A stretch of 64,000 nt of DNA from a virus: the IMG/VR virus record IMGVR_UViG_3300045988_177049, positions 1 to 64,000 of that record. The stretch is one strand, 5' to 3'. This document shows positions 58,291 through 64,000 of the stretch, in pieces. The notes below the pieces were generated by a model. The model was not told where the DNA came from. It did no database searches and saw only the letters and a list, made by a program, of their open reading frames with translations. Positions within the stretch are counted from its first letter, which is position 1. Each line of letters starts with the position of its first letter. The position numbers and the translations under genes were made by a program.

Positions 58291-59952
58291 TTAACCGAGT
58301 GACGGCTCATCACCATCCTCTCGTTTAAATTGATCGGACTCACCCATCTCGAACCCATCGTCAACATCATTGAGTTCGAAATCAGTCTCAGCCGTGAATG
58401 CCGACGTCTCATGCTCGTTGTACTCCTGGTTGTCACGAGCACGGTTGTACGCATGACGACGGCGTTCCTTATCGCTCCTCATCCGCTCCGTGTGTGCATC
58501 TGCATGAGCGTTATCATGCCCTGGCGACTCGCGTGGATCAGAGTAGAACTCACCCCGCTGCCACCTGTTGTAGGTTTCCTCGGGGCTTGCGGCGAAATCC
58601 CGCATCTCCGACCTCCACTGCGAACCATACTGTTGTGCCCAGTGGCGTTCGATATCAGGATGCGCCTTCGCGACCAATTCCATTGCATGGACGAACGACG
58701 TCGAATAGACATCACGCTGGAGATCTCGACCAAAACCGTCAAACTCCATGGCTTCAAGCCCACGCTGAGCGCGACGAATCTTTTCACCCATTTGACCTGG
58801 GATCGCTTGGGTGTCGAGAGCCTTGTCTCGAACAAACCATGCCGAGCCATACGCCATCAACGTCTCATTAAGATCGACAAGGTTACCGTTCAAAGCAGCA
58901 CGTTCCATCTCACGAGCCATAGTCACGCTGAGCGACATCTCATGCTGCATATCCGACTGCGGGGGTCGCACGGTAAAGGCTCCACTGATAACAGACTCGC
59001 CCGCACGTGTCGACCACTTGCCCGACCATGTACGACCCAGCTCACCTGTTCGCGGATCAATCTGCTCGGTCATATCCATATCGACCTCGCCATGGGCCGT
59101 CTCGACAAAGCGATAGGCCCACTCAGGCTCATACGCCATACGCTGACCGACGAACATGCGACTAAGCGCACTCACGCGGTCTACATCCAACCCATCGAGC
59201 CGAACATCGTCCCAGAAACGCTCCATGAGGCGGTCATAGTTCTCTTGCACCTCAGCTGGATCGGCCCCAGGAGCGCGCATTTGCTCAAACGCTGCTTCAC
59301 TCAGGCCAATATGGGTCAGCGCAGCACTCATCTCGTTAAACGGAAGACGGTCGCCTCGCTCACTCGCCTCGATACGCTCCAAGCGACGCTTGAGCGACCA
59401 CGGCAGTTCCCCGCCGTGCTTCTCCTTATGCTCTTGGATGTCGCGGTTCACCTGCTCACGCTGGTGTTTCCGCCTGGCATTAGCCATGTCTTCAATCGCC
59501 ATACGAGCATCGCGCGTGAACGACCCTACCTGCTGACGAAAGTTCGGCGACAATAGCCACATCGTCACGCCCATACCGAGTGACTCAGCAACAGCTGACA
59601 TCGATACGCCGTCTTTGAGAGGCACCAAGGCGCTGAGCACCATCATGGACGCATACGCCTTGTGCTTACCTTTCAGATCGTTGGCGCGAGAGGCGAGATC
59701 GGCCTTGCGCCTCTCCCCTTTCAGATTCACTTGCTTCAACGCGTGTAAATACCCATCAGCGTGGCTACGCATCTCACGGCGAAGCTGTTGTCCCCAGTCC
59801 AGACGTGGAACACCTTGAACAGGGGTAGGCTCAGGCTCCGGCTCAATCACCGGATCAATGACGATCGTCTCCGTCACGTTCTCGTCAACTGCTGGCTTGC
59901 GAGGTTCTCCGCCATAGCGGGGTGCTGGAAGCTCACGGGGTGGCCGACTCAT
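58291..59952 (-). CDS. Large hypothetical protein with acidic C-terminal DFELNDVDDGFEM motif
   Basis: 553 aa. Charged, helical. The C-terminal region contains the DDGFE(L/M) motif shared with the three downstream genes. Confidence 0.5.
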   Translation of the reverse strand: MSRPPRELPAPRYGGEPRKPAVDENVTETIVIDPVIEPEPEPTPVQGVPRLDWGQQLRREMRSHADGYLHALKQVNLKGERRKADLASRANDLKGKHKAYASMMVLSALVPLKDGVSMSAVAESLGMGVTMWLLSPNFRQQVGSFTRDARMAIEDMANARRKHQREQVNRDIQEHKEKHGGELPWSLKRRLERIEASERGDRLPFNEMSAALTHIGLSEAAFEQMRAPGADPAEVQENYDRLMERFWDDVRLDGLDVDRVSALSRMFVGQRMAYEPEWAYRFVETAHGEVDMDMTEQIDPRTGELGRTWSGKWSTRAGESVISGAFTVRPPQSDMQHEMSLSVTMAREMERAALNGNLVDLNETLMAYGSAWFVRDKALDTQAIPGQMGEKIRRAQRGLEAMEFDGFGRDLQRDVYSTSFVHAMELVAKAHPDIERHWAQQYGSQWRSEMRDFAASPEETYNRWQRGEFYSDPRESPGHDNAHADAHTERMRSDKERRRHAYNRARDNQEYNEHETSAFTAETDFELNDVDDGFEMGESDQFKREDGDEPSLG

Positions 59953-59966
59953 CTCATTCTCCTTTT

Positions 59967-61130
59967 CTACAGCTCGAAACTCGCCTCGTCCCGACGCGCC
60001 TGCTGTGGAGCAGGAGCACCCATGCGACGAGTAGTCGAAGGAACACGCGGAGCAGAGCCAACCTTTATGCTGCTCCCTGGCAGTGCAGCCTGAATCGTTC
60101 CTGAAGTCTTCTGAGACTCAGGTGACGGAGCAAGAGGTCGGCCATCTACATCGCGACCCATTGACGCCATCCATTGCTTGGCAACGTCACCCACACGCAC
60201 AGGCTGACCTGGGCCGCGCTGAGCACGAACGCTTGCCGCTGGCACTGAAGCCTGGGCAGGCTGAGAACTCACATTTTCATGCTGGCTCTGCTGCATCTGA
60301 GCCATGTTCTGACGATAATATGCGCGTGCATTATTCAGATCATGGAGCTGCGCATAATCTTGCACCATCGTGTCTTTGCCATAAGGCCGAACATAGTCAT
60401 GTTCAATCTTACTGATCTCCGCCATGGCTTCATCATCGATGAGGATCCCGCTCCAGGCAGCTTCCATAGCAGCGCCATAGAGCTTGTCGCCCTGATCGTT
60501 TACGCACGGCTCTAACCATCCCGACCGCGTATAGTCGGCTTCATAGTACTGAATCTTTTCGCCAGTACGGATAGCTCCATCACGAAGCAAAGCATTAACA
60601 TGTTCATCCCTCTGTGGCTCGTTCTTATTGATCACAGTCCTGACCTTATCGGCCAATGATCCTGTCCATTCGTGGGGATCAAGACCGTAGTACTGCTTAA
60701 TTTCAGCCTCTGTAGGCTGAGGGAATCGCATATCGAGCCTGAGATCAGCGAGCTTTGCATCATCGACCTGATGAACCGCATAATACGTACGACCAAGAGA
60801 CTCGGCACCAACAGGAAGGACATACTGATCATCGGCATCTTGAATAGCGATCATGGTTGGATCATCAATGATGACACCACCCCATGTCGCCTGGGAGATC
60901 GCATCGCGCAACTCGTTATCCACACGACCTTCATACTCGTCAAGCTCCATTTCCCGCTCAAAGGCTTTCACGCCATCTCGCAACAGAGCATTCGCATATA
61001 CGTCTCGATCCGGCATGTCTTTACCGACAATCGCTGCCATAGTGCCATCGAGCGTGCTGGACCACTCGTATGGTTCAAGACCATAACGCTGCTTGATCTC
61101 ATCGTTCGTGAGATCTCGATTCATCAACAT
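59967..61130 (-). CDS. Repeat-domain protein (two tandem about 120-aa YGLEPxEW..VNALLRD domains) with a C-terminal ..EASFEL tail
   Basis: Internal duplication IKQRYGLEPYEWSSTLD...VYANALLRDG / IKQYYGLDPHEWTGSLAD...HVNALLRDG. Paralogous to the 61312-62544 protein. Confidence 0.55.
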   Translation of the reverse strand: MLMNRDLTNDEIKQRYGLEPYEWSSTLDGTMAAIVGKDMPDRDVYANALLRDGVKAFEREMELDEYEGRVDNELRDAISQATWGGVIIDDPTMIAIQDADDQYVLPVGAESLGRTYYAVHQVDDAKLADLRLDMRFPQPTEAEIKQYYGLDPHEWTGSLADKVRTVINKNEPQRDEHVNALLRDGAIRTGEKIQYYEADYTRSGWLEPCVNDQGDKLYGAAMEAAWSGILIDDEAMAEISKIEHDYVRPYGKDTMVQDYAQLHDLNNARAYYRQNMAQMQQSQHENVSSQPAQASVPAASVRAQRGPGQPVRVGDVAKQWMASMGRDVDGRPLAPSPESQKTSGTIQAALPGSSIKVGSAPRVPSTTRRMGAPAPQQARRDEASFEL

Positions 61131-61311
61131 AGTTGTCTCCTTTTCGGAAAATAGTACATGTCATCCACCTACTATTGTACCGTATAGACGGACTAATAAC
61201 GAGACGAATCCCCTGAAAACTCACACAAAACGAGCATAAAGAAGCAGGCCATGCTCAGCCCTTGATACAAGAGCATGAGCATGACCCGCTTGCGTGAGTC
61301 GCTACAGGACC

Positions 61312-62544
61312 TTACAGTTCAAAACCGCCATCGGCTTCATACGAATCCGACCTCTGTGGCGCTAACGTGTGAGACACAGACGTTGACCGTACACGAGGTG
61401 CCTGACGACCAACAGTGATACTGCTACCAGGAAGCACTGCCGCAATAGACCCCTGACGGGAACCTTGAGATGGGGTGGACGAAGATACAGGTTGACCATC
61501 AGTGTCACGCCCCATTGAGCGCGTCCATTGCTCCAAAGCATTAGCGAGCCGAACCTGCTCTTTACCATGAGCACTTCCACCTGTGATTACCGAAAAATCA
61601 GCAATTTCCTGAGCCGCTTGTCTCGATAACCCAGGCTTCTTCTCAGCATGAGACGAAACAAGCGTTGGTGCAGTCTCACGATAATACTTTCGTGCATCAT
61701 TAAGTTCACGCAACTCGTCATATTGGCGCGTCAACAATTCAGGAGCATAGGGAGTCACGTAGTTATGCTCCACCCTCTTGATAGCGTTCATCGTTTCAGC
61801 ATTGATCAAAATACCATTCTCTACGGCGTCCTTGATTGAATCACGCAGATCATAACCATAGACACAAGCATCCGCTCCCATATCATTATATGTTGCGTTC
61901 TCGGCCTCAAGCTTCTCCATACCAATCTCGAAAACAGCCACCTGATCACGCAAGAAACAGTTGACCTGATGTTCCTTATTCGGTGCGTCCTTATTGATAA
62001 TCGTCCTCACATCGACTGATGTACCCGTCCATTCATCAGGTTCAAGACCATAAATCGTCTCGATATACCAATCTGAGGGCCTTTGGTACTGCTCACGCAA
62101 AGACTGACGGTAATAAATCTGCAAGGGCTTATTGTAATAAACCTCTAAACAAGAACTGAGTAGCGATTCCCCATCACTATGAACCACGTATTCATTATCC
62201 ACATCATTGATGAACAAATAAGTTTCATCGTTGATAGAAACACCATTTTCGACAACGCGAGACACAGCATCCCGGAATTCAACGTCATCAGTGAATTCTT
62301 CGCCTGGTTCCAACGGAGTGTGCATACTTCGCTTAAAAAAGTCTGCACTGTCATACAGCAACGCATTGACCTGATCTTCTCGTGCGAGGTCATTCTTATT
62401 GATAATCGCTATCACTCGATCAGAAAGCGAACCAGCCCACTCATGAGCCTCAAGACCATAACGACTCTTGACCTCATCCTGTGGAACTGTTGCCATCCAC
62501 TCTGACATAACTGACACAGACATGATACATATTTCCTCTCTCAA
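61312..62544 (-). CDS. Repeat-domain protein paralogous to 59967-61130, with a C-terminal ..ADGGFEL tail
   Basis: VKSRYGLEAHEWAGSLSD...QVNALLYDS and IETIYGLEPDEWTGTSVD...QVNCFLRDQ repeats. Homologous C-terminus (..LPGSSI.VG...PRV.ST..FEL). Confidence 0.55.
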   Translation of the reverse strand: MREEICIMSVSVMSEWMATVPQDEVKSRYGLEAHEWAGSLSDRVIAIINKNDLAREDQVNALLYDSADFFKRSMHTPLEPGEEFTDDVEFRDAVSRVVENGVSINDETYLFINDVDNEYVVHSDGESLLSSCLEVYYNKPLQIYYRQSLREQYQRPSDWYIETIYGLEPDEWTGTSVDVRTIINKDAPNKEHQVNCFLRDQVAVFEIGMEKLEAENATYNDMGADACVYGYDLRDSIKDAVENGILINAETMNAIKRVEHNYVTPYAPELLTRQYDELRELNDARKYYRETAPTLVSSHAEKKPGLSRQAAQEIADFSVITGGSAHGKEQVRLANALEQWTRSMGRDTDGQPVSSSTPSQGSRQGSIAAVLPGSSITVGRQAPRVRSTSVSHTLAPQRSDSYEADGGFEL

Positions 62545-62667
62545 AGCGGGTTTTCAACTCATACACCAGTATATCGTACTATCTCTGCCATATTGAGATA
62601 CACCGGCTCATAAAGAGGAAGCGGGTTGCTCCAATCATGAAACAACCCGCTTCCCACGACTGATGAC

Positions 62668-63984
62668 TCACAGCTCGAAGCCATCGTCCTCACTCTCGAC
62701 AGCAACAGGCGCTGGCACCCGGTACTGAGCTGTCGTACTTCTGCTCACATGTGCCGTGCCCGTCTTCGAGCGAACAGGAACAGCCCATGACGTCGACTTG
62801 CGTCGTCCGATGGTTTCCTCTACCTCAACGCGAGCCACAGTGTCGTCCATCGCGATGACAGGAGCCTCGACTTGCGTCTCCACATCAGCCTGGAGCACCT
62901 CTCGCACGCGAGCAGGAGCAAAGCTCTCGTTCCACTTTCCTTCGAACAAACCGGCTCGCTCATGAGCCAACGTCTGCATCGTCGTGAAATCCCCACCGTA
63001 CGCCAGGCGATCCATCGGTGAGGCCAACTTTTCGATGACCTTCTCATCTTCCAAGTTGAGCATGATGCCGTTGCTATCACTGAGAGCCGTGGCAACCTTC
63101 TCGATGTTCTCAGCGTTCACGGTAACGCCCAAACCGTCGTCACCATAGAACCGAGAGAACGCCTCAACCCACTGCTCCTTCGTCGCTTGAACCGGCTTGT
63201 GATCAGCATCCAGAACAGTGTTCCACACGCCATCGTTTCCCTGAGCGATCATCTGTCCGCGCCACAAACTTCGAGCAGGCCCCATGAGCAGCTCATAACG
63301 ATGACGTGCATCTACCGGATCATGCTTGGCCTGCAAAATGCTCTGGGTCACCGGGTAGGTCAACTCCAAAACAGCTTTCAGTTCCTCGTTACGCAGCGCT
63401 CGAACGCCGCGCTGAGAGAAGGTTCCAGCAACCCCTGTACCAAACGATTTCACAGCCGTTGCGTACATGGTACCCTTCTGATCATCGCGCGTGACCTGAG
63501 TGGTCGTCAGATCCACATGTGTCTCAGGGTCATATCCGATGTACTTGGCGTAATCAAGCATCTTCTTGGGCGAACCCTTTGCTCCAGTCTCGATACATGC
63601 CTTCTCAACAGAAGCCATGTGCTCGTGAACCGACCCAAAGGAAAGCACAGCTTCACCATACTGATGACGCAGTGCATCGTGATACATCCGTGATGCAGCA
63701 GCGCTCACCTCACGGCTCGTCTCCAAGAACCGCTCACGACTAGACTCACCTTCGACGAAATCGTAGTATGCGTTGTTTGCCATCTGGTGAACCTCAGCCA
63801 TATCTTCCGCATAAAGCGAGTCATAGTGCTGAGACACCTTCACGTCCAGCGCATCATGCATCGCCAGAGGGTAGCAACCCTCGTCATCCATGCCTTGACC
63901 CAAATCAAGGAGATTCGCCTCAACACTCAGCCTCTCCATGGCTTGCTCGTGAGCAGCCCCGTGACCCAGGTTGACGACTGCCAC
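62668..63984 (-). CDS. Hypothetical protein with a C-terminal ..SEDDGFEL tail (N-terminus possibly beyond this annotation)
   Basis: 438-aa ORF ending RVPAPVAVESEDDGFEL. The ORF may continue upstream of the listed start. Confidence 0.45.
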   Translation of the reverse strand: MAVVNLGHGAAHEQAMERLSVEANLLDLGQGMDDEGCYPLAMHDALDVKVSQHYDSLYAEDMAEVHQMANNAYYDFVEGESSRERFLETSREVSAAASRMYHDALRHQYGEAVLSFGSVHEHMASVEKACIETGAKGSPKKMLDYAKYIGYDPETHVDLTTTQVTRDDQKGTMYATAVKSFGTGVAGTFSQRGVRALRNEELKAVLELTYPVTQSILQAKHDPVDARHRYELLMGPARSLWRGQMIAQGNDGVWNTVLDADHKPVQATKEQWVEAFSRFYGDDGLGVTVNAENIEKVATALSDSNGIMLNLEDEKVIEKLASPMDRLAYGGDFTTMQTLAHERAGLFEGKWNESFAPARVREVLQADVETQVEAPVIAMDDTVARVEVEETIGRRKSTSWAVPVRSKTGTAHVSRSTTAQYRVPAPVAVESEDDGFEL

Positions 63985-64000
63985 CGAGTCACCATCAAAG

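Noticed and set aside
58330-59556. 408-aa plus-strand ORF
   Set aside because: It is antisense to the 553-aa minus-strand gene that belongs to the DDGFE-tail family. It is Arg/Leu-rich with no RBS.
1-64000. CRISPR array, integrase or attachment site, and virion structural genes
   Set aside because: No regularly spaced direct repeats, no tyrosine/serine recombinase motifs and no capsid, portal or terminase-like proteins are recognisable in this window.

Overview
This 64-kb window is a dense, mostly plus-strand block from a large mobile element of a moderate-GC actinobacterium (phage, phage-plasmid or megaplasmid-like). The host assignment rests on the class-E sortase signals LAHTG, on Pro/Thr-rich linkers and on stem-loop terminators without strong U tracts. 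No capsid, terminase, portal or integrase gene is recognisable, so the window looks like a replication/partition plus accessory region rather than a virion module. I can support the following from the sequence:

- a tRNA cluster, including two tRNA-Gln isoacceptors;
- an SSB gene;
- two LAHTG cell-wall-anchored Pro/Thr-rich proteins next to a sortase-like gene, which is translationally coupled to an actin-like ParM ATPase plus a small DNA-binding protein;
- a P-loop nucleotide kinase, a very large surface protein, and a secreted GH16 glycoside hydrolase;
- a replication module made of an iteron/AT-rich origin, a P4/D5-type primase-helicase, a family-B DNA polymerase, a VRR-NUC nuclease, an NrdH-like redoxin, an SNF2 helicase, RarA, an AEP PrimPol-like protein and a RecJ-like DHH protein;
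- a MoxR AAA / VWA / ClpB-like ATPase trio;
- a UvrD-like helicase gene interrupted by a roughly 1 kb group-I-type intron that carries a LAGLIDADG homing endonuclease;
- an HU-like protein, a CPBP (Abi) membrane protease and a LysM protein.

The most unusual candidates are these:

1. A low-GC island carrying a solo MazF/PemK-like toxin with a long C-terminal extension, overlapped by an ImmA-type metallopeptidase gene and followed by a Panacea-domain (SocA-like) antitoxin and two unknown proteins.
2. Four consecutive minus-strand paralogous proteins that share an acidic DDGFEL-type tail.
3. A roughly 2 kb GC-rich stretch (18.6-20.7 kb) with no credible ORF, packed with perfect palindromes.
4. 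A dispersed GACCAGATAAGAACCA motif family upstream of the par genes and in an iteron-rich block at 18.3 kb.
5. A conserved dyad-containing promoter/operator motif present three times.
6. An in-frame TAG inside an otherwise continuous ORF.

All functional calls are from motif recognition by eye; no database search was run.
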